Source: Cirrosporium novae-zelandiae
Taxonomy: Eukaryota
Assembly (NCBI GenBank): GCA_026023565.1
Contig: JAPETS010000001.1
Coordinates: 372,001 to 436,000, forward strand
Direction of reading: 5' to 3'
Length of the DNA: 64,000 nucleotides
The notes beneath the pieces were generated by a model that saw only the letters and a program-made list of their open reading frames with translations, did not search any database and was not told where the DNA came from. This document shows, in pieces, positions 46,761 through 59,239 of this stretch. Each line of letters opens with the position of its first letter. The first letter of the stretch is position 1. The position numbers and the translations under genes were made by a program.

Positions 46761-47963
46761 GTAAAGTATTCTTGGTATCCTTGGTGGGTTTGACCGCTTC
46801 AGCCGCACTCTTAGTCCCCTAATTGAACTCTCAACGTGGCTGCAGATGTTCAAGGCTTGACTACAATCTTGACTTCTCTGCTTGACCTGATTCTGATTCC
46901 AGTCACCTGCCTCATCGTGGCCGCTGATCCGGGCTCCATTCTACTAACTAAAAAGCATGTTATCTCATAACTAATCTCCATTGGTAGTTAATTGCTTAGT
47001 TTACTGTAATATGGCCCTATGAAATATCTAGAATCCATTCAGACATGTCCTTTTTTACCATTCCTTTACTGGTTCGGCGTCCCGATGGCCCGTATCGTAT
47101 CGTTCATCTCTTTCATCCCTTCACCTCATTTCAATCTTCTTTCGAGTTCCATAATTACAAGGTTACAAGTTCAGTACCTATCCAAAGACATCCCCCCCCC
47201 CGTTCAGGACCCGCGTCCGCTGTCCGAACTTTATGCTTACTCGAGGGCTTGGTCTTCAGTAATGGTCAAATTACCACAGCACAGTAACCGAGAGACAAAT
47301 TGAATTGACCATGTTTTTTTTCTTTCCTTTCCCTTTCCCTTGATGAGGTTTCTTGTACACCTGAACTTGAACCCGCTTCAACCGGGTCCCCCCCTCTCTC
47401 CCCCCCCTCCCCCATCAGCTTCGCCTTCTTCCTTCTTCGCTCTTCGCTCCATACTCCTCCATCGCCCTTAGTGGATCTCCCCCCAATACCAAATCGTTTC
47501 ACAGGGCTATGTCATGGTCGCCTATCTAACTAGAGCCATCTTGCAATTCACTCCCGGCGTGACAATGCTAAACTACTGCACTCTTTTCCCTTAGTATCCC
47601 TCGTTGAGCTGAAGCTTAGGTTCCTTTCTATTTCCAGCAACAGACAATGCCTTTCCTTCTTCGGCGTTGCATTTGACCTCCGGAAGAATGCCCATACTTT
47701 TCTTGTGGTGGCCAGCGCTCCTCTCACACGCTTTTATGTAAGGGAACTACTGCCCAGCTAATGAAGCCCATTCTTCTGTCAACCACTGTTCGCTACTTCT
47801 TGTGTGTGTTATGAGATACGCTCGTTAAGATCTCACATCTGATTTGCTAAGCATTTACTACCTTAATGATAACCATAATCTTCTGATTCTGAAATCTCTC
47901 GCTCAACTGAACTTCTCCTGCTATGCACCACCTTCGCTGATTAGAACTATTTATCATAACACC

Positions 47964-49910
47964 ATGGCAGGCGGTCCCTCACGAAGAAGCCACACCAAAT
48001 CTCGCAAAGGCTGTCGAACTTGCAAGCGAAGACATGTGAAATGTGATGAAACATTTCCTCAATGGTATGTTCCCCTCACCTGTTATAACAATGCGGGCAG
48101 CAACAAGGAAATTTTTGTTTTGGGAATTGGAAGATAGAAAACCTGTACTCATCTGGTTTTGTGGATAGCCGGAACTGTACCAAGCATAATTGTCGTTGCG
48201 ATTATATGGATTCTCCAGCGGCGGAAGAGGGTGCCCTCTCCCCTCAACCTCCAAATGTATTGTGGACCCCAGAAATCGAAGAAGAAATCAATACCTGGAA
48301 AAGCGCCGGAAAATCGCCTTTCCCACAACTCTCTTCGTTTTTCTCCATCCCGGCTCACGAGTATACCATCATCGACCTTAGGTTGATCCACCACATCACC
48401 AATCTATCTATTCAAATGCACCATCAAGGGTATAGTAAATGTACCGTATGGGCACCTAGAATCTTTAGGTCCGTTTACACTCAAAAGCCCCTTTGTAATT
48501 TCTGGAACTCGACAGTTGAAATGCTGACAAGTTCCCTAGCTTTCTCAAGATAGCGGCTACGAATAATTTTGTGATGAGCTCTCTTCTTGCTTTGTCTGCC
48601 ACCCATTTGGCGTGGCTTACAGGCTCCCCCGAGACTGACAATCTCGCATATCATTATCGCGGGGTAGCTTTAAAAGGCCTCCAAACAGCAATTGGAAACT
48701 TCTCTAAAGAGAACTCCGACGCCATCCTCGCGGCTTCACTGTTACTTTCCTGGCAAGCAAATGACTGGTACGACATGGATCGCTATATAATATTAAAGAC
48801 CAATACTAAGGGCATTTAGGCGTGGCTGGGTTTCTTTGATGCAAGGAATCTCCACTGTAAGTGGGCCGAGGTTACCCTGGGCGCCTTTTGAAATAAAAAT
48901 CTGACATGAGAAAAAAAAAGGTCATCAACACTATGCAACCATGGAAAGCGGAGTCGGAACTCGCAGAATGTATGGACGAGCAAGCCTTTTATCGCGGAAT
49001 ACACCCCCTAACGCCAACAAGTCCGGAATCGATGGCGGAACTACAATCGAACGCACTCTCAGCTTTGGATCGCATCCAAGGAACTATGCATTCGGTGCAG
49101 CACCATTTTCCCATGAACGAGAATCAGATGTCTCAAATGGCTTCCCTTTACGACTTCATGCAAAGGCTCAGAAACGTTCTCCCATCACAGTCACCCGAAC
49201 GAGCTTTTGAGATGCTACAACCACTAAGGTCTTGGTTATTCTGGCTTCCTCCCTCGTTACTTACAACTCCAGAAATGGATATTGGTCCCTTAGCTGCTAT
49301 TGCCAACTTTTTTGCAATGTCCTTGGCACTAGATCCATTACTTCCGCAAGGACTGGGTGCCTATATTGCTAGTATAGCCGCATCGCCAGTCGAAGAGATT
49401 TATCGGATTTTCCATTCAAACCTCACTGCAAATCCATCGAGAGCGGATTATCAGATGGCAGCTCGCCTGACAGAATATCCTTATGAAATATTAACTCAAT
49501 TCTGGTCCAGGGCTAGTTGGAACAGCAGTGAAAAGGTTGAGAACTGGGCTGCTGGGCCTAGTTTCTTCGACATCGGAAGTCCGTTGACGGACCCAAAGGC
49601 GGTTTCTGACGCTTTTGCAACAGATCTTGACCGCCTATTAATGGGGCAGAATACGAGAAACCTCTCGGTACCCCTATCACCCTATCATACAACCAGCGAA
49701 ATGTCCTCGCCGCCCTTGTCGTTATATTCGAATCATTCACCTCAAATGCATCCTTCGATACCTGCCAGTAGTATGGCCACAGGTTCCGACTTGAGGGACA
49801 GTCCAGGGACATATTCCCCAGCGTCATTTGAGGGAGATCCTAATATGATGTACCAGAGCCCTTCGATGAGCTATACCGGCGGGTTCGTCGCCCCTATCCC
49901 ATGGGCGTAA
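47964..49910 (+). CDS. Zn(II)2Cys6 transcription factor, Upc2/Ecm22-like, 5 exons
   Basis: RRSHTKSRKGCRTCKRRHVKCDETFPQC/RNCTKHNCRCDY binuclear cluster split by an intron; DLRLIHH, FVMSSLLALSATHLAW, ENSDAILAASLLLSWQ typical of this family. Confidence 0.9.
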
Positions 49911-50029
49911 TTATTCGACTGAGTATTCATGACCAGGGAGAGCATTGGAAGCGTTTTAGCCAAGGGTAAAGAGCGACAGCGCTAGACGCATTTTTCTGCT
50001 CGTACGAATTATCAGAAACAACTACATCT

Positions 50030-50030
<1 letters not shown>

Positions 50031-50080
<50 letters not shown>
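50031..50080. repeat. 50-nt poly(C) homopolymer
   Basis: Direct sequence, 120 nt downstream of the transcription factor stop codon. Confidence 0.9.
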
Positions 50081-51856
50081 ACCTTCTCTCGACCCTCACC
50101 GACCAAACACCTTAAAGTATATCCACTTGCTTTCATGGTAGGCAGCCTCTTGAAAGTTTGGTCCTGGTGTCGAATAACGCCTACTGTTCTCTACAGCTCC
50201 ACCCCCCATTTCCACAAACTGATGATGCAGACGACGAAGACGAGGCTACGGAGGAGTGATGGGAAGTTTGTTGCTCTTTTAGGAGCATAGTTTAGGTTAC
50301 AAGAAAGGAAGCGAGTCTACATTGGAAATAGGACTTGTGTTTAAAGCATGGGCGGGCTAAAATACATTGGGACTTCTATCAACAGGGGAACGGTATGTAA
50401 GCGAAGAAGTAACGTGGAGGATTGAAAAAAAAAGAGAAGAGCATCATATCATACGACTTGATGGAAGATCATGAGAGTTTAGCCATGACTGTGAAATGTC
50501 TTGTCGCTCGAATAGATTATTCTCTAAACCAGTAACAAAAATACCATCACCACGATTTTCAGAAAAAACCTAATCTTTGGTTCCTATAATAACCTTTTAC
50601 CCACACTGGATACTGTAAAAAGAAAATGAGGCTTGATAGTATCAATGCGGTCAAGGTTTCCGCTTGTCGGAGCATCTAAAACCGAAATGAACCCCGGGAG
50701 CGGGAAAACAGACATTGAAATATGCATTTCCTCTCGGACTTTGAATCAACGAGACTTTTTTTTCCACTCGTAATAAGCATGGTGGCTGACATTTAAAAAT
50801 TAAGCAGCTGTTGAACCTGGTTCCGTTGTAAAGTCAATTTAAAGCTTTTTTTTCTCTTTCCTTTTTTTCTCGGTCTCATTTACCCGATTGGGTAGGCGGA
50901 GGTCCGGATGGACTACTTCTTCACTGTTTAGAATTAGGGCTGTGACCAGATAACTATTAATTAATGACAATTGTGACGAAAGACGAGGTTTTGTGAAATA
51001 CGACTACTGGAGGTCCTAATACCACGCCATTACTATGTAAATCTGATATCTAATGTGTAAAGTAAGGTTTCTTTTTTTTCTCTCTGGTTGTTCTACAGTC
51101 CACAATAGAAGGAGTTTATTGAAATGGTCGACCGGAAAGCAAAGAATGAGATTCAAAAAGCTTGGTGATGCTTTCCGTTGAGCCTTATACTGTATGCATG
51201 CATGTCAACAAGTTTACCGCACCGCTGAGGGAGAGATGAGGTGAGGTGAGATGAGGCGAGGTGGAGTGGAATGAGACGGGATCGTATATGTACATGAAAA
51301 TTATGTATTCTACTTTTCATACACACGAGATGGATGGTCTGTTGAATATGCATTAATGCATTGCATGCAATGCACGTGGCTATGATACTTTGTGGAGTCA
51401 AAATATGGTTTGGAAAAGATGGCAGCATGTTATTGTGATATCAAAATGTTAGAATTTATCATGTGAATATTCTTGCCTCAGATAATCAAATAATGATAAT
51501 TACAGTAAAGAAACAGTAAAAATATCTTTGAATGTTTTATTGCGGTATTGTTGGTATGATAATTATCCATTTACTGCCGTAATTTTGTAATTTTGTTTAA
51601 AATTATCTCCGGATCTACCCGAATTGGGATCCGCTTAATAATCTGACGTATTACCTTGTACCATCAGTAACCATCTGAAGCTACCATAACTTTCTTTTGT
51701 CGTGATACCTTTTTGCATCTTTGCTGCGTTGTATCACCACACCGAGCTGGATTTTAACAAAACGGCCGTTGAGCGAACCAGAATCCCCAGCAACATTGAC
51801 TGCTAATATTCACAAGGCCTTTACTTTAACGGGTAAATTGGCAGAGGAATGCTGTG

Positions 51857-52982
51857 ATGAGCTCCTCCGGCGGCTGGAATACAATCGAGTCCGATGCGGT
51901 ACGCTTATTGCGCTGTTTTTCTCCTCTAATGTTAACTTGAACCGAGAACTAAGAGGGTAGCTGGTTTCTAGGGTGTCTTCACATATCTCATTGATAATCT
52001 TGGCGTCAAAGATGTCCAATTCGAGGAACTGATCGCCCTGGATCCAAATTTCTTGAAACAGCAAAGGTATGATATGCTGTTCCGGTTGTGTGTCGCCGCA
52101 GCTGATTTGCTTTAGTCCCGTTTACGGAGTCATCTTTCTATTTAAATACCCAACAAACCAGAAGCCTATTGATGCTCCTGTGGATGGATCTTTCGACTTT
52201 GATGCCATTGAGGATCACTTCTTCGCAGCTCAGACGATCCAAAATGCTTGCGGCACACAGGCAATTTTGTCTGTACTACTCAACAATGATGGAAAGATAG
52301 ACATTGGATCTCAGCTTCGGGAGTTCAAGGAATTTACCCAGGCCTTTCCTTCGGAGGTGGGTGCAAGATTGTGATCGGGGATGCTTGAAATCTACTGATC
52401 TAATGGCTGTGGTAGTTACGTGGGGAAGCCCTTTCTAATTCACAACTAATCCGGGATGTGCACAACTCCTTCGCTCGCTCATCTCCCTTTGTCGACGAAT
52501 CACAGCGGACCGCTACCGAAGATGATGATGTCTATCATTTCATAGCCTACACGTCCGTTGGCGGCAAGCTATACGAGTTGGATGGCTTGCAACCCGCTCC
52601 AATTTCTCATGGCGATTGCGCCTTTGAGGAGTTCCCCGACAAGGTCATTCCCGTCCTACAACGACGCATTGAGAGATACCCTGCTGGTGAAATAAGATTT
52701 AACCTGTTGGCAATGGTGCGAGATCTGCGGATAAAGGCGCGGGAAATAGGTGACCAAGCATGGCTGAGCCAGGAGGAATCTAAGCGCAATGCTTGGCAGT
52801 GGGAGAATACCCTGCGCCGGCACAATTTTGTGGGGTTCATCGGTGAGATGTTGAAGAATGTGGTTCGTCAAAAACTAAAAGAGGGGCCTGAAGTATACGA
52901 GAAATGGGTCAAGGAGGCTGAGACTAAATCTAAAGCCAGACTGGAGGACAAACGAAATAAAAAGAGTGGACTCCTGGAGTAG
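51857..52982 (+). CDS. UCH37: Ubiquitin C-terminal hydrolase UCH37/UCHL5 (peptidase C12), 4 exons
   Basis: GWNTIESDA/GVFT, PVYGVIFLFKY, catalytic QTIQNACGTQA, YHFIAY, LYELDGL, EIRFNLLAM, ENTLRRHNF. Confidence 0.95.
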
Positions 52983-53497
52983 GGCTAAAAATATCGTCTC
53001 TCAGATGAGGGTGGAGGGAATGCTGACTGATCATAGTAGTCTTGGCTAGTTATGCATAGATCATGAAACCGCTGGCTTACTTTAGATTTAAAAGCTGCTT
53101 CGATGCTACATGGGGCCGTTTCAGTGACCTTTGATGGCATGGTTACAGAAAATCTCAATTGTCTGAATTCCACAGTAAGCTCGTAGCGCAATATTTAGGG
53201 TAGAGTGGGAATATGAGGTGTTGGGTGTGTCTATGTCTTTGTCGGGATGTCGCCGTATGGTCTGATGTTTTTCCGCTTCCGCTTGATACCCACCAAAGTC
53301 GCTTGGTCGCCTCCAAGCCATCCGGTTCCAGGTTCCAAAGCATACGATCTTACTTCACTCAACCAATCCAGAATTTCTTACACACCTAATACCTCAACAT
53401 CTCCTTTTACGTACATATTCGTCGTTCACCTCTAGTCACACAAGGCCCCTAGAAAGAGACCTATTTCATCAAAGTAATCATCTCGAATGTCTGAAAC

Positions 53498-55164
53498 ATG
53501 AGCAGTCGAAGGAATGCTCAATCCGCATCTTTCAAGAGCTATCTTCCGCCAACAACGCTTGCAACCTCCCGAGTTTCCTTGCCACCAACCCCTGTACAAA
53601 CATCAGATACGAGAACAGCGTATCAAGACAAGTCCTACGAAAGTCCTCACATAGTTATCAATATCAGTAGCGATGGCGGATCGACGGGGAAGGGTGTGCT
53701 CATTGGCCTACTTTCAGCATTTGGGTCGGCGGCGCTGGTTGCCTTAATCTTCGCTCTTATATATGTTCTCAGGTATACTTCTCGAGGGAGAATTTTCCTG
53801 GATCGAATTGGAAGGCCTGGAGAGTATGACGATGAACAAGCGCTATTGCGAGAAGAAGGAGAGGCGCTGGAACATATGGATGACTTGCAAAGAGCTGAAT
53901 ATCTCAGAGCAAAAGGTATGTGACTGGAACCCTGTGTTTATTGCGGTTTATTTGACCTGCATGCTTCCCTTTGTTTTGGTGTTACAAAGATTCTAACGGT
54001 ACCTTCCACAGCATTTGTCCAGGCCAATCCCCCAGAAACCATGCAAACAGACATATCCCTGTCTCAGTTTCTCGCTATACAAGAAAAGGGTGTTTCCGCC
54101 TGGGAGTTTGAACCCGAACTTGAGATCGCAAACTGTTTTGTCGAGGGTCGAACTGAAATCGAGTTTTTTGACTCTGAGTGTAGCGTACAGAGTAATCTTC
54201 CTGTTCCTAAGCAAAATGAGGTGTACTACTGGGAGGCAAAGATCTATGACAAGCCGGAATCGTCCTTGATCAGTATCGGCATGACTACCAAGCCATACCC
54301 TCTTTTTAGGCTCCCTGGTAAGAACCACTGAATTCAGGTGTATGTTTAGCTTTACTGATAGGATTCTACCTAGGTATGCACAAATGTTCCGTCGCATATA
54401 CATCGACGGGCCATCGACGATATAATCAACCCTTTACGCCGAGCCCTTACGGTCCAGCTTATGTTCAAGGTGATGTGATTGGGGTTGGCTACAGGCCTCG
54501 TACAGGCACAATTTTCTTTACTAGGAACGGAAAAAAACTCGACGATGTAGTCCATGGTCTTCGAGCGCAGAATTTCTTTCCCACAGTTGGCGCCAACGGT
54601 CCATGTACAGTTCATGTCAATTTTGGTCAGATGGGGTTCGTCTTTATCGAAGCAAATGTCAAAAAATGGGGGCTTGCTCCAATGACTGGAAGCCTTGCAC
54701 CACCACCCCCATACGGAAGTGAACAAGGCAGTATTCTTTTAGAGGCGGGGCGAGATGGGGCTCAAATTGACCACGGTGGATACCTTACGACCGGACATTC
54801 AAGAGCAAGGGGTAGTCTTGTCTTGGGGACCAATCATCCGACAAGTCCTGGGCCCTTGCGCTCTCCAACCGACATATCACTTGCCCAATTGGCACATGTT
54901 TCTTCAAGTGAAGATGTAGGAGAAGGCGCGAGTGGTGGAGGGACATCGGATTCACATGATAGTCCCCTGTTAGAACAGCACCCTATTCGGCCTCCTCCAG
55001 AATATAGTAGCCCAGAAGGATCTGAATTTGGTAGCAGAAGAAATAGCGGCGTGGATGAACGACGTCCAATGCTACACCATGAAGGATCTTCCCCTCCAAT
55101 ACCGAGCTATGCTGCAGTGATTGCAGAGCATCAAGGACATGAATATCATGATAATTCGGACTGA
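53498..55164 (+). CDS. SSH4: SSH4/Ear1-like SPRY-domain membrane adaptor for Rsp5, 3 exons
   Basis: Single N-terminal TM helix, IQEKGVSAWEF, VQSNLPVPKQNEVYYWEAKI, TKPYPLFRLPG, GDVIGVGY, FFTRNGKKL, EANVKKWGLAP, PY motifs PPPY and PPEY. Confidence 0.95.
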
Positions 55165-56291
55165 AAAGGACACAAGTCATTATGGACCTTGCTATGGAAA
55201 TCCCAAGGATGAAATTGGCGTTTTACGGTGACGGAAACACGTGCCGGGACAGTTGGGACAGTTGGGATCAGGGTTTATTTTCTATGAGGGTTGATGACGA
55301 GCAAAGGCATTGGTGGGAAGTGGAGTTTTTTTTTTTTGTTACCAGATTTACTTTTAAGATCTAGGATAGGAGGAGAGCATGTTTACATGATACCTATGGG
55401 TCCAGTCTAGGGCAATTGCATCCAGTCAGGAGACGAAAAGGCTCTTCTAGCGTCAGACGTCAGAATTTCCCATTTGTTTATCTTGTTGATCAATCCAAAA
55501 AAACCAAGTAGCAATCAATCAATGCATATTTCAACTACACATCTAACAATGAATGCAAAGGTGTGTGATGAATTCATTCCATCTTTGTGCCGTGGCCCTG
55601 GTCGTGGCGTCCTCAGGCTCTCCAGGTCCAGACTACGTTCCTCTATGGACCGATAGCCGCCTTAGGGAAACCGTGAGGGTATCCCCGCTCCATCGCGTCA
55701 CCTACTATTGTCTTTTGAGGCTTCCACAATTGGACCAGACTCCCAGGGATAAATTCAATTCTCCTTGTGGGGACCTTGGATCTGATCTTGAACTCAACAC
55801 GTCTACTAATAAAGTGTTGTACCGGCCCCACCGCATCTTTTCTAACCAGTGGCGATCCCGGGCCAATATTGAAGCATTCAATCCCGTTCAGTGCTTCAGT
55901 GCAACCCACACCGTCTTGCCATGTGCACGTGAACACCTTAGACACTACAGCAACTCTCTGCTTCTTGGGAGTTGGGTAATAATTCAACAACCAACAAGTG
56001 CGATTTAGATATTCGTCCCTCGCCAATAAACTTTTACCCAACGGACAAGTGCATCTGAAGCCTCGGCAGCCCAACACGAACTCGGGTAGTAGCTGGTTAG
56101 CTGGCATTTTTCCTCTTGATGGTCGCAAGAGTGATCACCAACTCAATTGTTTGTCAGCGCTTTTGGGGCTTCACCGGTTGGGAAGGGCGGAGGGGGCAGA
56201 GATAAACAAAATAGCTTGATTTCGATTCGACCATTACGAAGGAAAGCGCCAGAGGCAAGCTGCGACTGCGCTTGCGGTCAAGGCAGCTTCA

Positions 56292-58193
56292 ATGCAGGAA
56301 AATGCAGATCTCTCCGTGTCAACACAAAGCAAGGAAAGAGAGAAGGCATCTGCCTTTCATGTTATTGTGCTCGTAAGTTTTGTTGAAGAATTGTTAATTT
56401 GCCAAATCACAATGGCAATGGCGGCTCCAAGCAGTGGAAGCTGCGACTAGCATTGACGGGCGCCTTTGATTGCCATTGTTCATTGTTTCTCGCCTTCCTA
56501 AGACCTCGCCAACTGCAAAGCAAGTGCTGACATTGTTTCCTAAAAGGGTTCAGGAGGGGGACCCAGCGAAGACAATGTGACTGGGATGCTACTAAGGTCG
56601 ACTTCCAAAAAATGGTCCAAAGACTCCCTGCTTGCCATCGACGCCGGCGTTCACCTTGCTGCCATTATCCGAATACTCGAGAAGACTCAACCGGAGTTGG
56701 CGGCTCCCCCACGAACCAGAATACCCACTCCTTCTATCGATAATGCCTTCAAAAAACCGCCCTCGTATTTCCCTGACAATGGCCGATCATCCCCGCCGGT
56801 TTCTCCCGGCACAGTTGATATACCTATCATTAATCACGAGCTTGAGATAGATGACATACCGATGAAAAAATCGATGGATTTTCTACGCTATGATGGCGGC
56901 GCCCGAGCCAAGTACAGGATAATAGATGGTCCATTTTCCACCCTTGAGGTGCCCTTCGAAACCGCGAAAGCGAATGCCGCATTCATTACACGAGACCTCG
57001 TTTCTACATATCTAATTACTCACCCACATCTTGACCATCTTTCTGGGTTTACCGTCAATACTGCATCCTTCCAACAAACATCCCGCCCAAAACGAATTGC
57101 GGCACTTCCACAGACAATTGAAGCGATTAAGACGCACATATTCAATGACGTTATATGGCCGAACCTTTCGGATGAAGAAGGTGGAGTTGGACTGGTGACA
57201 TATATGCGTTTGACCGAGGGAGGAAATGTAGCACTCGGGGAAGGTAATAGTCGAGGGTACATCGAAGTTTGTGATGGGATGACAGCAAGAAGCTTGGCCA
57301 TCAGTCATGGACATTGCATGAAGAAACACAGTCATCGAGGCAGCATATTTGGTTCGCAGGTTGATAGTTCGCCAGGTGGCTCTCGACGAGTCTCACGTAC
57401 ATCTTTGACACCGGATACCACCTACCCTCATGGTTCCTACGGTCATGCTCGAAATTCGTCTTTTCATACTCAGACGGCTGATGGTGAATGTGTAACAGAA
57501 AGCTCGGCTTTCTTCGTTCGAGACGAAGAGAGTGGCAAGGAGGTGCTGATATTTGGAGATGTTGAGCCTGATTCGTTATCCTTATCACCTCGAACAGCGC
57601 GTGTTTGGGAAGATGCAGCGCCCAAGATCGCAGCAGGTCAACTAAAAGCAATTTTTATCGAGTGTTCATACGAGGATTCCCAACGTGACGAGACCTTATT
57701 TGGACATCTCTGCCCACGTCATTTGATTGCCGAACTCAGAAGCCTGGCGGCAAAGGTTGTCGGTAGTACTTTGGGATTGGATAGCCTATCCAATCGAAAG
57801 AGAAAACGCCAAAGTAATGGTACAAAAATGTCAGACGATTTTGAGTCTCGCGCCAGACGAACCCGAAATCCACATCGCAGCCGCTCACTCAATAGAGGAT
57901 CCGATATCAGTATCAGCCCGCTTTCGAAGCTACCAGTGTTTATAGCATCCGATTATGGACCCATAGCCGAAGAGCCCATGACGGACAATAACGAGGATTT
58001 TATACCAAGTAGCTTCGGAGATGCGGCACCCCTTCAAGGTTTACAGGTTTTCATCATCCATATGAAGGATACACTCTCCGACGGACCGGAAGTCGGAACT
58101 ATCATTCTTTCGCAGCTGCAAGAACATGAACGAAAAGTCGGTCTTGGCTGCAATTTTGTCATAACGAAGCCTGGCGCTTCTTTTTACTTATAG
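56292..58193 (+). CDS. PDE1: Low-affinity class II cAMP phosphodiesterase (Pde1/PdeL), 2 exons
   Basis: Exon 1 MQENAD...AFHVIVL, intron 56373-56546, GSGGGPSEDNV; class II signature YLITHPHLDHLSG, IFNDVIWPNL, FGDVEPDS, IECSY, LFGHLCP. Confidence 0.95.
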
Positions 58194-59239
58194 CTCATAG
58201 GCTATGACCATGAGCATGATGGGATGGATGGATACGATACGAGTCTCGAGCAAACAAAAAAAATACATTTTGTTCCATTCTTCCTTTTTTTCGGGACAGA
58301 TTTTTAACTATAATTGGACTGGACTGGACCGACCCGAGCGTATTGAATTGGAAAATAATGCATACGCATGGATGGAATGACATATGGCTAGTCATGGCAT
58401 GATATGTGCCTGTCTAGGGACGAAGAGTGGAAGCGAATATGCAACGTGGAAATGGAATAAACGCTTCGGGGAGGCCATATTCCTGTATTTGTACTTGTAC
58501 TATACGGATGGATCTATGGAAGGAAGTACGTACATAAATGAGGCAGGCAAGCAATGGAACGAAACCTAGAGAGGGGTATGAGGATAAGGAGGGTAAGAGA
58601 GGTATCTGCTCAGCTCCAAAGTCGAAAGTATGTACGTACCTATATGATTATTGATTATGATTGGTTGTAGTCAGCCAGCAAGATGATGTAATTTATATTT
58701 TTCGTTTTTTTTTTGAAAGTGTTGGAAACGTTGAATATTTACTTGACTTGATACTATATAAGCAGCAAGAGTAGCAAGGTAAGAAAATATATACTAACTC
58801 TATCATGACATTTTACAAAGTCCTTCTTAATTATCTACCTAAGTAGGTAGTGAACAGTGGCCTCTGATGTTGTGTTTCAGTCCGGCATTTGAAACGTCAT
58901 AGGAAGTACTCAATAGCAATTGATATAGCCGTAGCGGTACCTATAAATAAGATGTTGTTCTAAGACATAATAATATTGAATGTTATTGTCGCCGGGTTCC
59001 GCAGCATTAAATATGCAGAGTTGAGGCGGTGTCGCGGTGTAATAAGAAATCACCAGACTCGGGGGATCCTAGACCGAAGTGGCAAATGTTCGGGACTAAG
59101 GTTGGGCGCTCATCGGACGTTGAAATTTTGCAAACAAAATCAGTGAGCTGTCCAAATCAAATTGCATTGGGACCTTCAAGCCACTTTGCAAATCATTCAG
59201 CGGGAATTTGAGGAATCTGAACCAAGTTTTGCCGCCGAG

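Noticed and set aside
43806..47502. Numerous 60-120 aa ORFs upstream of the Zn2Cys6 gene
   Set aside because: Low-complexity or microsatellite-derived translations on both strands, many with non-ATG starts and no domain signal.
25875..55164. Ubiquitin-proteasome gene cluster (PAC4-like, F-box-like, UCH37, SSH4)
   Set aside because: Spread over 30 kb among unrelated genes; this functional class is common enough for chance co-occurrence.
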